This document shows, one piece after another, positions 1-9,799 of a DNA stretch of 64,000 nucleotides (position 1 is the stretch's first letter; each line of letters begins with the position of its first letter). The notes beneath the pieces are model-generated. The model did no database searches and had not been told where the DNA came from. It worked only from the letters and a program-made list of their open reading frames with translations. The position numbers and the translations under genes are program-made. Source of the stretch: an uncultured Candidatus Binatia bacterium. GTDB lineage: Bacteria; Desulfobacterota; Binatia; UBA9968; JAJDTQ01. The stretch is taken from assembly GCA_965242525.1 (NCBI GenBank), contig OZ251459.1, positions 4,064,001 through 4,128,000 on the forward strand, written 5' to 3'.

Positions 1-917
1 GCTGCTTCTTCCCCTTCGTTGTGCTGGGGCCAGGAAGACGGCTCCGCGAACAGCGGCTCCGCGAACGGGTCGTCCGGCATGGCCCTGCGCAAGAGATCCG
101 GCAAGCCCGGATACAGGGCGGGCGCCTCGGCGAAACGCCGCCATACCGACGCCCACGCCCCCTCGCGTCTGCCCAGGCGCTCCGCCGCGACGGTCTCGCC
201 GTCCTTCTCCGGGTCGAACCCCAGGTCCGCGTTGCAGCGGGACGCAAAAGCGTTCCAGCGCTCGGCGGCCCACCCGGTCCGTACCGCCGCGGGGTCGCTC
301 AGCCAGACCAGCACGTCCCTCACGGGATCGTCGGAGAAGAGCCGGTCGAAGTCCTCCGCTTCCAGGCGCCTGCCCCGCAACGCCGTCACCGGGGTCGCCG
401 CAAGCTCGGTCAAGGCCCGCAGCATGGACTGCCGGGTGGCCGCGTCGCGCGCGACGTCCAGGTCCAGGCCGCTGTCCCGGGAGGTCAGGAACGCCTCCAC
501 CGTCCAGTCCCTGCCGTTCCTCTGGGTCCAGCAGACGCCGCGGTACTGGAGCTCCACCAGGGGTTTCAGGTGGTCCGGGCAGGTCCCGGCGGCGCCGATC
601 TCCTGGCGGCCCGCGCCGGCCAGATAGACGATGGGCGTCGTCCCGGGGGGAAACCCGGGAGGCTCCAGCGCCCGGTCGATGACGCACCGCAGCCAGATCG
701 CCGGCCCGGTGCGCTCCTCGGGACGGTACTCCCCGAGGACCAGGAGCTGCGGCAACAGGGGCCGGAGTTGCGGGACGATGGGCCGCCACCGCGAATCGGG
801 GTCCGTCCAAAGCACCGCGGCCGGCCTCTCCGCGTCGCCGGGGTTGGAAGCGGAGGCGGCTTCGAGGAAGGCGGCCAGGACCTCGATGACGGTGGCGGAA
901 GGCGGCGGTGTGTTCAT
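1..917 (-). CDS. pglZ: BREX phosphatase PglZ (type B-like), N-terminal part; runs off the left edge
   Basis: Absent from the ORF track (no stop in window). Manual translation from ATG at 917 gives MNTPPPSATVIEVLAAFLEAAS...AVLWTDPDSRWRPIV...GEYRPEERTGPAIWLRC...LVELQYRGVCWTQRNGRDWTVEAFL, typical of the PglZ-B N-terminus. ATGA overlap with the upstream stop; last visible gene of the brx operon. Confidence 0.85.
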   Translation of the reverse strand, partial: MNTPPPSATVIEVLAAFLEAASASNPGDAERPAAVLWTDPDSRWRPIVPQLRPLLPQLLVLGEYRPEERTGPAIWLRCVIDRALEPPGFPPGTTPIVYLAGAGRQEIGAAGTCPDHLKPLVELQYRGVCWTQRNGRDWTVEAFLTSRDSGLDLDVARDAATRQSMLRALTELAATPVTALRGRRLEAEDFDRLFSDDPVRDVLVWLSDPAAVRTGWAAERWNAFASRCNADLGFDPEKDGETVAAERLGRREGAWASVWRRFAEAPALYPGLPDLLRRAMPDDPFAEPLFAEPSSWPQHNEGEEA

Positions 918-1738
918 TGCTCCGGACCGGCGGCGCCCGGCTCCAGGTGGAACGTCACCCGCACGAATCGGTTGCGTTCGTCGTTGACCAGTGCCGGTTC
1001 GGTTCCGTTGAAGCGCCTCATGGCGTGGCGCATGGTCAGCCAGCCCCGCCCGCGCCGCTCCATGAGTCCGCGCACGACCATGGCGTTCGCCATCATTTCG
1101 TTGCGGGAACGCGGAGCTCCGCCCATCCGCGCCTGCTCGATCGTCATGTGGTTGGGCAACGCGCCGGGGCTCGTCACCGCGATGCGGTCGTCGAACACTT
1201 CCAGCAGGATCTGGGATCCGGTGATGGCGTAGTCCCTGTGGATGACCGCGTTGACCAGCGCCTCTCGCAGCGCGCCTTCCGGCAGCCGCGGAACGTCCTG
1301 GCGGTAGAGGCCTCGATAGACCTCCCGCCGGCCCAGGCTGCGAAACCACCCCATCGCACGGTTCACCTGTTCTTCCAGGCGCCCCTTTCCTTCCCCCGCA
1401 CTCAGTACGTCGGCCGCCTGGTCGGCGCCGCCGTACGCGGCGCATTGCACGAACAGGCTCAGGGTGTGCGGATACGCCTGCGGGTCCCGCCCGAACACCA
1501 TCAGTCCGTACAATGTAGGGCGAAGCACGCCGTCCAGTTCATCGACGATGCTGGCGTTGCGCAAGTCGTCCTCCCGCGCCGGCTGCGGCGTCCGGTCGGT
1601 ATCCAGCCCCTGCGCCCGCATGAAGGTGCGCACGGCGCCGAAGTCGATGTCATCCACGGTGGCGTACGGCACGACCTGTCTTTCGTTGAGGACGAGGTCA
1701 TGCAGCAGTACTTGAGATTTCGGAAGAAACGAAGGCAT
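914..1738 (-). CDS. HATPase_c_4 (RecG-C-like) ATP-binding protein lacking the N-terminal AlbA_2 domain; possibly truncated
   Basis: EALVNAVIHRDY...SPGALPN...RN...MERRGRG motifs; paralogue of the C-terminal two-thirds of 2114..3406. Start placed at ATG 1738 (ORF is open from 1861). Confidence 0.7.
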   Translation of the reverse strand: MPSFLPKSQVLLHDLVLNERQVVPYATVDDIDFGAVRTFMRAQGLDTDRTPQPAREDDLRNASIVDELDGVLRPTLYGLMVFGRDPQAYPHTLSLFVQCAAYGGADQAADVLSAGEGKGRLEEQVNRAMGWFRSLGRREVYRGLYRQDVPRLPEGALREALVNAVIHRDYAITGSQILLEVFDDRIAVTSPGALPNHMTIEQARMGGAPRSRNEMMANAMVVRGLMERRGRGWLTMRHAMRRFNGTEPALVNDERNRFVRVTFHLEPGAAGPEQ

Positions 1739-1784
1739 TGCTTCTGAATGAGCGATGGCTCGATCCGTAATCACTTCGGCCGTT

Positions 1785-2117
1785 CTACGCCGGTCCAGGC
1801 TCCGGATTACGGGAGCGATTGCGGTCCTTCCTGAGATCATCGATGTTGACGACACGACCATACTCGTCGACGAGTGTGGCCGTGCGGGGTTTCCTCATCT
1901 CGTACAGCGCCTTGCCTTGGCCATTGAAATAGCTTTGGCAGACGGGTTCATCTCGAAAGAAGTGGAGTATTGCTTCAGGACCTTCTTCGGAACGGAGGGT
2001 CAATGAACCAGCCTCTGCGCCATGAGTATCCCACAGGATCAAACGGTAATGATCCGCCGTCTTCTCCACTTCGAGTCTGCCCCAGGGCTGCTTCAGGTCA
2101 TAGTAGGAAGTGCTCAT
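1785..2117 (-). CDS. Hypothetical protein (110 aa)
   Basis: ATGA-coupled to the upstream stop (2114-2117), protein-like composition, lower GC; no recognisable motif. Confidence 0.6.
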   Translation of the reverse strand: MSTSYYDLKQPWGRLEVEKTADHYRLILWDTHGAEAGSLTLRSEEGPEAILHFFRDEPVCQSYFNGQGKALYEMRKPRTATLVDEYGRVVNIDDLRKDRNRSRNPEPGPA

Positions 2118-3406
2118 GTCCGATGGTCCTCACTTGATGGTTCTTCCGGGTCGGCCGGGGCGTAGATCGTCAACAGGATCTCCGCGTCGCCGACCAGGCG
2201 GTACTCGGGCTCCCGGCCAGACAACCTGATGCTGTTGTCCAGGATCACGGGCACGCCCTCGCCGCGCCTGTCCATCATCGTCTGGCGATGCGTCGTCAAC
2301 CAAGGTATGTTCTTCGGCACGGGGCACTTGGCAAGGAGGCTGGTGACCACCTCGTTTCGGGTCGCCTGCAAATGAGGCAGATCCTGCAAACCCATCGTGT
2401 TCGGAATCGCGCCTGGCGAATAGAGTTCGAGGCGGTCCTGAAAGAGACGCAGTCGGATCTTCGATCCCTGGATGGAGTAGTCGCGGTGGGCCACGGCGTT
2501 GACGACGGCTTCGAATACCGCCCCCATGTCGAACTGCGGTCGATCCATGCGGCCTTGATCCTTGAACGCGGCCACCTTCATGTTCTTTGCCACGAACCGG
2601 CAGGCTCCCTCTACCTGTTCATTCAATGGCCCGGCAACGTCGGCAGCGTCCAGTTGGTAGGGATCATGGGTGCTCGTTCTGATCGTCGTGCCTCGGTAGG
2701 CAACGGCCTGGATGTATGCACTGGACAACCATCTCCTCGGGTCCTCGGAGGCCATGAGTACCCCGGCAACGGTTGGTCTGAGCGATCCGTTCTCGTCCAT
2801 CCGGGCCAAATGGAGCTTGGCCAACACGTCGTCCCGCTCATCCCCCGTGTGTGTGGTCTGAAATCGACTCCAGATTTCGCGAGACAGATCGTCCAGGGTT
2901 GCATCGGGAACGATTTGCTCATCGAAGCGGATGATGCGAACCTGGCTCCGCTGCTGGAACAACCGCGCGAGGTATTCGGGTGACATCGCCCGTTTTCCGC
3001 TGCCGACCCGATGCATATAGCCGCCCGGGGATCGATGCACGAACAGGCTGCGAGGCACGTCGATCTTGATGACTGCCGCCTCCTCGCCGGTGATCGTCGG
3101 CAAAAACAGACGCTCGATGACGGGCGTAATGGTTGGTTCGATGGAGTCTTGGCAAACATCCCGTACATGACGCTCTGCCGATTCGAGACGATCCAGAGGA
3201 ATCCCGATGATCTCACGCGTCTTGTCTTCCACGCCCAGTACGAAGACGCCTCCATGGCTGTTGGCAAACGCAGCGAGCTCATCGGCAAGAGAATCACGGT
3301 GAGGTCCGGTAACCCGTTCCCCGGCGAAGCGCGCCTCCTTGTATTCCAGGAACGTGTCCTCGCCCAACCGAATCTTGTCCAGCAGCTCCTTTCTGTTGTC
3401 AAACAT
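2114..3406 (-). CDS. AlbA_2 (Schlafen-like) + HATPase_c_4 protein
   Basis: N-terminal GEDTFLEYKE...LAAFANSHGGVFVLGVED (AlbA_2); C-terminal EAVVNAVAHRDY...SPGAIPN...DRRGEG. ATG at 3406 overlaps the end of the upstream gene. Confidence 0.85.
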   Translation of the reverse strand: MFDNRKELLDKIRLGEDTFLEYKEARFAGERVTGPHRDSLADELAAFANSHGGVFVLGVEDKTREIIGIPLDRLESAERHVRDVCQDSIEPTITPVIERLFLPTITGEEAAVIKIDVPRSLFVHRSPGGYMHRVGSGKRAMSPEYLARLFQQRSQVRIIRFDEQIVPDATLDDLSREIWSRFQTTHTGDERDDVLAKLHLARMDENGSLRPTVAGVLMASEDPRRWLSSAYIQAVAYRGTTIRTSTHDPYQLDAADVAGPLNEQVEGACRFVAKNMKVAAFKDQGRMDRPQFDMGAVFEAVVNAVAHRDYSIQGSKIRLRLFQDRLELYSPGAIPNTMGLQDLPHLQATRNEVVTSLLAKCPVPKNIPWLTTHRQTMMDRRGEGVPVILDNSIRLSGREPEYRLVGDAEILLTIYAPADPEEPSSEDHRT

Positions 3407-6230
3407 GAGGCGGCTCCGGCCCCAGACGCCGATAGCGGCGTCTGAACGCTTCGCGTCCACCCTCCATGATTCGGCAGACTTCCTCTCGCATCGCTTCCTC
3501 CTGCAGGGAACCTGACTGCGCGACGACGCACTGACCTCCCCGAAAGTCAAGGGCATACAGCATCTCCGCATCCCCGTTCACGACGATGTTGGGGTTGTGG
3601 GTCACCACGATGATCTGTCGCCTGAGCTTGTTTTCCCGAATCTGCCGCACGACCAGATCATAGATCAGGTAGTTGTCCAGGTCGTCTTCCGGCTGATCCA
3701 GTACCAGCGGCTCCTCGCCATGGGCGAGCAGGAATGCCAGCATTGCCGCCGCCCGCTGTCCCGCGGACGCCTGGACAATGGGATGGAAATCCGTTCCGTC
3801 GCCCCGGCGGCTATACTCCACCAGCAACCCGTCTTCGGGGAACCATGTCTGCACCTTGTCGAAGACCTCGGGGCTCTTCTTGTATTTGGCTTCGAGATGG
3901 TTGTTGAAATGTCCACCGAAGCCGCCCTTGCCCGTGCCAGCGGCATGGATGCGGTCCTTGATCTGTCTGAGGCGGTCTTCCATTTCCAAGCCTCGGTGGG
4001 TCGGATCCTCCGGCAAGTCTTTGAGGATCTCTGCGACACAGCCCTTGACTGCACGCCCCTCCTCCATGACGAGGATGTCACCCTCGAAGTGATCGAGAGT
4101 CTCCAGTGTCTCACGCAGGGAAAGTTCGACAGATCGAGGGTCATCGCCATATTTCAAGCTTCGCATATGCACGAATCCGTTGTGCGCCAATGTTTCTCTC
4201 AAGAATCGGTCGCGGCCATGACTCAACGCGCGGCGAGCTTTCGTCACGTTCTCGAGCAGGGATCGAGATTGCTCGACCAACCTGTCGCGCTCTTCTTCCA
4301 CCGCTTTCAGGCTGGCCAATTCACTATCGAGCCGTTGCCTGTCCTGCACCAAGTGGCCGTATTCGTTCGGGTCGGTGACGCCTTCCTTGCGCAACGTCTC
4401 GATCAGTGCTTCGTACTCGTTCGCCGCGTCTTCGAATGCAGCTTGCCAAGCGCTCTTGGTCAACTTTTCGCGTTGCGTCTCGATACATCCGCGCAGGCGC
4501 TCTGCGATGTTACACAAGTCTTGGGCAGCACTGCGCAGGTTGGTGGCCAGTGTAGCCATGATTGCGGTAATTTGCCGATCTTCTTCCAGGTCCTCATTGA
4601 ATAGTCCGTCGGGCAGATCTTCGGGTTGCAGCGTCGCTGCCGCGTGCTCAATGCGACTGGCCGCCGCTTCTGCCGTATCGAACTGCCGGTCTGCTTCCGC
4701 GTGCTGACGATTGCGACTCCGGTAAGCCGTCAGGATTGCGGTATGCCCTGCTTCCTCGAAGCGCTTCAACTTGCGTTCTACGTCCCGCTGGTCGGTGGCG
4801 AGGTTGTTCCGGCGGCTCAACTTGCCTTCGAGTTCCCGGATACGCGCTTTCGCCGCATAAAATGCGTTGCGGGCTTCTTCCATCTCTCTTTGCAGCGTGG
4901 TCATTCCTGCCGCTTCATCAATGACCTGTAGCAACGCCCGCTGGTTTTCGCCTGCCAGCGCGGCGATCTGTCCCTGGCTGAACATACGAACCGGAAAGCG
5001 CTCGGGCGTGACCGTCTGGGCGAGCGACGGCTGCCAATCGGCTTTGCCTGTGTCTTCCTCCACTGTCGTGCCGTTGCCGTCCTGTCGCCAATGCAGGCGA
5101 TGCCGGACACCATCACGCACCATGATCCATTCAATGTTCGTCTTCTTTCTCAAACCGCCCTTGCCAGTGCGATCCTTGGGCACCTGCTTGAACCGTTCGA
5201 AGGTCCAGAGAGGTTCACTGTGTTCTTCCAGATGCTTCAATTCATCTTCACGCCTTGCCGCAAGCCTCATTGCATGGATCACGGTCGATTTGCCGGTGCC
5301 GCGTCCGCCCACCAAAGCGTTGAACCACGGGTTGAATCCGAGCTTGGCGGGCTCGCCGCGGCCCATATATTGCGCGTTTGAGATCTCGATGGATTCAATG
5401 AAATGTTCGGGTACTCTGAATGGATCGAGAGGTTTCGGGTCGTCGCTACGCCGAATGGAAAAACCGCTTCCGTCCAGAAGGGCCAAGCGCAACCCTTCAA
5501 GGGATGGTTTTTCCATTTTCACCCACGTATAGTGGGAGCCGGGGAGACGATCTCCGGTTTCATCTACCGGGCGATGAGAATCCGATCCTAGAACCTCCGA
5601 CCATGTGAGCTTGCGTTGTCGATATAAATCTGGTTTTTCCTTGCTTACATCAACCACTTCCATGGCGAACAAGTCGTCGAGGTCGAGTAATGGCGCGAGC
5701 GTGTTTCCGGGCAGTTCCCAAGCGCCAGACGGCCCGTCAACGTGTGCAAGTATGGGGATTCCGCCGGCATCCGTGATGGCTTTCACAACGTCGATGGCTG
5801 CCGCATCCGCCGCGATGTCGCTTTTCCCCGCGTCACCTTGATATCGGGTCGTTCCAAGCAGCCGGTCTATATCGGTTGATCTCTTGTCACCGTCAAGTAT
5901 CGCAAGGATGTGGATACTGCCGTTTGCGGTGATCTCTACACCCGGGAACAGGTGCAGCGCTCGAAAATCCGGAGGAGGCTCCTGCTCCAAATCATGAAGC
6001 GCATCCTTCAGATCATTGATCCACCCTCCCGAGTTGTGATCGGTGACCGCCACACAATCCACGCCGGCTCGCATGAATCCGAGTAGCCATTCCCGCGGGG
6101 TTGTCTTCTTGAGTGCGGTTTGGTTGGATCCCTTCCCATAATCCATTGATGCTGGCGTATGTGTGTGGAAGTCGAACTTCCACCAACGCGCACCGGGGTA
6201 GGGCCAACCAGTGGATGTATTGTTGGTCAT
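3399..6230 (-). CDS. PHP phosphoesterase fused to a coiled-coil ABC/SMC-type ATPase (TrlF/Ppl-like)
   Basis: PHP motifs DFHTHT, VTDHN, PGVEI, LAHVD, GSDSH; Walker A GGRGTGKST; long coiled coil; signature ASAGQR; Walker B LVLDQPEDDLD; H-loop VVTHN. Confidence 0.88.
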   Translation of the reverse strand: MTNNTSTGWPYPGARWWKFDFHTHTPASMDYGKGSNQTALKKTTPREWLLGFMRAGVDCVAVTDHNSGGWINDLKDALHDLEQEPPPDFRALHLFPGVEITANGSIHILAILDGDKRSTDIDRLLGTTRYQGDAGKSDIAADAAAIDVVKAITDAGGIPILAHVDGPSGAWELPGNTLAPLLDLDDLFAMEVVDVSKEKPDLYRQRKLTWSEVLGSDSHRPVDETGDRLPGSHYTWVKMEKPSLEGLRLALLDGSGFSIRRSDDPKPLDPFRVPEHFIESIEISNAQYMGRGEPAKLGFNPWFNALVGGRGTGKSTVIHAMRLAARREDELKHLEEHSEPLWTFERFKQVPKDRTGKGGLRKKTNIEWIMVRDGVRHRLHWRQDGNGTTVEEDTGKADWQPSLAQTVTPERFPVRMFSQGQIAALAGENQRALLQVIDEAAGMTTLQREMEEARNAFYAAKARIRELEGKLSRRNNLATDQRDVERKLKRFEEAGHTAILTAYRSRNRQHAEADRQFDTAEAAASRIEHAAATLQPEDLPDGLFNEDLEEDRQITAIMATLATNLRSAAQDLCNIAERLRGCIETQREKLTKSAWQAAFEDAANEYEALIETLRKEGVTDPNEYGHLVQDRQRLDSELASLKAVEEERDRLVEQSRSLLENVTKARRALSHGRDRFLRETLAHNGFVHMRSLKYGDDPRSVELSLRETLETLDHFEGDILVMEEGRAVKGCVAEILKDLPEDPTHRGLEMEDRLRQIKDRIHAAGTGKGGFGGHFNNHLEAKYKKSPEVFDKVQTWFPEDGLLVEYSRRGDGTDFHPIVQASAGQRAAAMLAFLLAHGEEPLVLDQPEDDLDNYLIYDLVVRQIRENKLRRQIIVVTHNPNIVVNGDAEMLYALDFRGGQCVVAQSGSLQEEAMREEVCRIMEGGREAFRRRYRRLGPEPPHV

Positions 6231-9200
6231 CTTTGTTCTGCCTTTGCTCGTATCCGAGCTTCATGCTTGTCCGCAGTGGCGAAGTGCACGTCGTTCATCC
6301 GCTCCCCGGTGAACTCGCCGTCGCGCCAGAACCAGGGGAAGCGTTCCTGGTCGCGGAAGGGCTCCCTGCCGCGGTCCTTGTTCCAGTGGACGTTTGGTTT
6401 GGCGCGGAGGAGGCCGGCGTCCTTCTTGCCGCCGGGGAGGTCGGCGGCCATGAAGGGGCGGAGGTGGAGGCGCACGCCGTCGTTCACGTCCGGCTCCCAG
6501 CCCACGGGTTGCGCTTCGACGGGTTTCCAGCGGATGAAGAGGTCGTGGGGCGGCTCGCCTTCGAGGATGGCGGCGAGGCGCTTTTGCAGCTCCAGGGCCG
6601 CGGCCAGGCGGTCTTCCGCCCCGCCTTCGCCGCGCTTCACCCCGTCCTGCTGGCGGACGATCCAGTCGCCGAGGTAGCTGTAGGTGAGGGCTTCGAGGCA
6701 TCGGCGGCCGTTGCCGCCGCCCTCCACCAGCTTGTGGTAGTTGACCAGCGCATGGAAGCCGTCGCGCTTGCGGCCGTCCCAGACGTGCCAGACGAAGGGA
6801 CGGTGGTGGAACAGCTTGCAGTGCTGCTCGAAGAAGCGGTTGCGGAGCCAGTCGTCGAGGCTCGGGCTGCCAACCTCGGCGAGCAAACGGCCGAGCAGGC
6901 CGTCGCTCCATGCGTCGCCGAAGGCGGCGGCCAGAAGCTGCCGGACTCGCTCCGCGGCGGACGGTTCGCCCCGTACCGGCGGGATGCAGACGATGCCGTC
7001 TTCGTCCGCGAAGGCGCACAAGGTCTCGCAACGCCGGACCCACTCGCGCTGCTCGTCGGCCAGCTCCATGTCGGCATCCTGTTCGGCGGGCCAGCGGTAG
7101 CCTGACAGGCGGGCGACGGCGACTTGGAGCACGGTGGGATCGGTGCGGAGCGGGCCGTGGGCGGTGCGTTTCTCCGCCTCGTCCCAGACCACCGAGCCGC
7201 AGGGGTGGCCGTGGAAGATCCATTGGGTGGGATCGTCGGAGTAGGGGCGGGGGAGGCTGTAGGGGTATTTCTCCCGCGCTACTTTGGTCCAGCGGTCGAG
7301 GTCGAAGGGGACCTTGACCAGCGTGGCGTTGGTGACCTTGAGTGCTTGATCTATGCTTCTCACCGATTCGTGGTACTCGGATGAAGAACAGAAACACCAG
7401 ATGGCAGGAAGATACGAATCTTCCTTCGGCGATACCACGGCAACGTTCTTATCGAAGATTTCCCTCGTAAACAACGTACAGGGGAGAGTCTGCATTTGAC
7501 TGACAGCGACACCAACCTTTCCCCATGCCATGCTTCCGGCAGGGACTGCCAGTCCCTTTCGTCCCCGTTCCGCTAGTACACCGAGACCCTTTTGCCAGTA
7601 AACGATCTGCTCGCAGCCGTGCCAGGCATGTGTGTTTTCAACGGTGGTTTGGAGGAATTGCCAATCATCGGTGAAGTTCACGATTTCCCAGAACTGCCTG
7701 AAGAAACCGGGGGAATCCTTGCTTCCGAACCCGTGAACCCCGTCAGCATATTTTGACAAAAGCGCGACATCTTCCGCTTTATCCAGCGCCACCCGCGCAT
7801 CCGGATTCTCCAACTGTCGGGCTTGCGCAACGCCAATGACCTCCATTTCCCGCAACCGTGCGGCCTTCTCACCCACGGTGCGGGCTTCGGAAACGTCCAG
7901 GCCGTACATCGTCCCGGCTGCCGACGCATCGTCGAACAACTCGCCCGGATCGCTGGCGGGGTGCCTGTGGCTCAGGGTGAGCAGGATCGCCTTGACGACT
8001 TCTCCGCTGATGGTCTCGAAGGCGCCCGGTCCCAACCGCGCCAACAGATGCCACGTCTCCGTCTTCAGCAGTTTTCCCCGCAGCTTCCGGTAGCCGGTGA
8101 GGAACAGCCAGTTTTGCGGCAGCACGAGGCTGGCGGTTCCTCCTTCCTCGCACAGCGCCAGGCAGCGCTCCAGGAACACGGTGGCCAGGTCGTTCTTTGC
8201 GTCGGGGTAGCGCCGCTGGCAGAAGGCGCGCAACGTCTTGTCCTGCTTGCCCCGGGCCAGGTACGGCACGTTGGTGGCCACTAGGTGGTAACGTCCGGCC
8301 AGCAGTTCCGCGGCGCGCGCCATCCCCTGCGCGGCCACCGCGTGCTCCGTCTGCTCGTCGCTCATTCGCTCCCGTTCGAGCGCGGCTGCGAACAGCGCCC
8401 GCACCGACTCGAAGTCGCTCTGGTAGAGGTCTGCCTCCAGCGCGTGCGGGTCGATGAGCGAACCGCGCTCCGGCGCCTGCCCGAACAGGTCGTGGAGCGC
8501 GTCCAGGCTGTTGCGGAGCGGCGCGGAGAGCAGCGTGTCTTCCACGTCGAACAGGTCGCGCGCCGGGGGCATCCCACCGGCAGCCGCGGCCAACTCCGCC
8601 AGCGCGGCCCATTGCTCCTTCGTCGCGTTGGGCGCCAACCCCGAACAGGCGACGTTGAGTTCCGGCAGGGGCCGATACCCTTCCGCACCCGGATACGTCC
8701 AGGCAGCGAGCGCAAGGGCGAACGCCGCGAGCTCCACGCATCGCGGGTCCAGTTCCAGGCCGTGCAGGTTGTCCTGCAGGACCGCGTCCACGGCATCGCG
8801 GGCGGCAAGGCCCTCCCGCGCCATGCGCATGGGGACCAGCATCAGGAACGCGGCGACCAGGAAGTGCCCCGAACCGCAGCAGGGGTCGAGGATCTTCAAC
8901 TCCCCCAAATGTTCCGGCCAGCCGCGGAATTCGCCGGCGGCGGGGCGCCACCCGGGCAACCGCGAAACGGTCGCGTCCTGTACGAAGCGCAGGGAGTCGA
9001 GGGTTGCGCCGGGAATCGCCACCTTCCGGCGCAACCCGGTTTCGCCGCCGGCTCCTTCCGGGTCGGCGCCGTCCAGCCGCCGCGCCGCCCACCAGGCCCC
9101 CAGAGTGTTGTCGAGCAGGAAGCTCACCATGTAGGGTTCGGTGAAGAGCTGGGTGACCGCGGGCAGTTCTCCGGCCCCGATCTTGGCCTCGGAACGGTTC

Positions 9201-9799
9201 ACCTCCGCCTTCTTCCGGGACTGCCAGAACTGATAGACCCAGCCGAGGGAATCGGTCGCCGTGAACGTTTCGGCCGGCAGACCTTCCACCAGCCCTTCCA
9301 GCTTCAGCCGGTGCTCCCGCGCGAACCGGACCTCGAACACCGGAAGGTCGGGCCGGAACACCTGGGGCAGCATCCGGTGGGCGAAGCGCGCCGCCAGCGC
9401 CCACTTGTCCGCGCCTTCGTCCTTGGCCAGTTCCTCGCATTCGTCCAGGGTGACGGCGACCTCCGTCTCCGGTTCGATGAGCAGCCGGTTCTCGGCGAGG
9501 AACCGGGCGAACAACATGCCGTGCCAATGCTCGTAGGCGCACTCCTGCGCCAGGCCTTCGATTGCCCGGCGTTGGCCGCCGGAGCGTGCGTCGAGCGGGT
9601 CGCCGAGCTGCAGGGCGTGGGCGCGCAGCCGCCGGCGCAGCGCCCGCTGCCCCTCGTCCATGTGCCCGTAGGGATCGCGCTCGTGCACCGCCAGCGCTTC
9701 CAGCGCCGCACGGGCGCCGGCCTCCGCACCGTCGCGTGCGTCCGCGACGGTGCGTTCGAGGTGGCGCCGCTGGCTGGATGTCAACGTCCGCATACTCAT
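6227..9799 (-). CDS. pglX: BREX adenine methyltransferase PglX, copy 2 (1190 aa)
   Basis: TQLFTEPYMV, motif I LDPCCGSGHF, motif IV TNVPYL, C-terminal FFEQHCKLFHHRPFVWHVWDG; position in the brx operon. Confidence 0.88.
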   Translation of the reverse strand: MSMRTLTSSQRRHLERTVADARDGAEAGARAALEALAVHERDPYGHMDEGQRALRRRLRAHALQLGDPLDARSGGQRRAIEGLAQECAYEHWHGMLFARFLAENRLLIEPETEVAVTLDECEELAKDEGADKWALAARFAHRMLPQVFRPDLPVFEVRFAREHRLKLEGLVEGLPAETFTATDSLGWVYQFWQSRKKAEVNRSEAKIGAGELPAVTQLFTEPYMVSFLLDNTLGAWWAARRLDGADPEGAGGETGLRRKVAIPGATLDSLRFVQDATVSRLPGWRPAAGEFRGWPEHLGELKILDPCCGSGHFLVAAFLMLVPMRMAREGLAARDAVDAVLQDNLHGLELDPRCVELAAFALALAAWTYPGAEGYRPLPELNVACSGLAPNATKEQWAALAELAAAAGGMPPARDLFDVEDTLLSAPLRNSLDALHDLFGQAPERGSLIDPHALEADLYQSDFESVRALFAAALERERMSDEQTEHAVAAQGMARAAELLAGRYHLVATNVPYLARGKQDKTLRAFCQRRYPDAKNDLATVFLERCLALCEEGGTASLVLPQNWLFLTGYRKLRGKLLKTETWHLLARLGPGAFETISGEVVKAILLTLSHRHPASDPGELFDDASAAGTMYGLDVSEARTVGEKAARLREMEVIGVAQARQLENPDARVALDKAEDVALLSKYADGVHGFGSKDSPGFFRQFWEIVNFTDDWQFLQTTVENTHAWHGCEQIVYWQKGLGVLAERGRKGLAVPAGSMAWGKVGVAVSQMQTLPCTLFTREIFDKNVAVVSPKEDSYLPAIWCFCSSSEYHESVRSIDQALKVTNATLVKVPFDLDRWTKVAREKYPYSLPRPYSDDPTQWIFHGHPCGSVVWDEAEKRTAHGPLRTDPTVLQVAVARLSGYRWPAEQDADMELADEQREWVRRCETLCAFADEDGIVCIPPVRGEPSAAERVRQLLAAAFGDAWSDGLLGRLLAEVGSPSLDDWLRNRFFEQHCKLFHHRPFVWHVWDGRKRDGFHALVNYHKLVEGGGNGRRCLEALTYSYLGDWIVRQQDGVKRGEGGAEDRLAAALELQKRLAAILEGEPPHDLFIRWKPVEAQPVGWEPDVNDGVRLHLRPFMAADLPGGKKDAGLLRAKPNVHWNKDRGREPFRDQERFPWFWRDGEFTGERMNDVHFATADKHEARIRAKAEQR
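9125..9754. repeat. ~630-bp direct repeat, copy in the pglX2 5' region
   Basis: Aligns without gaps to 12786..13415 (offset 3661); about 18 mismatches by manual count. Confidence 0.92.
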
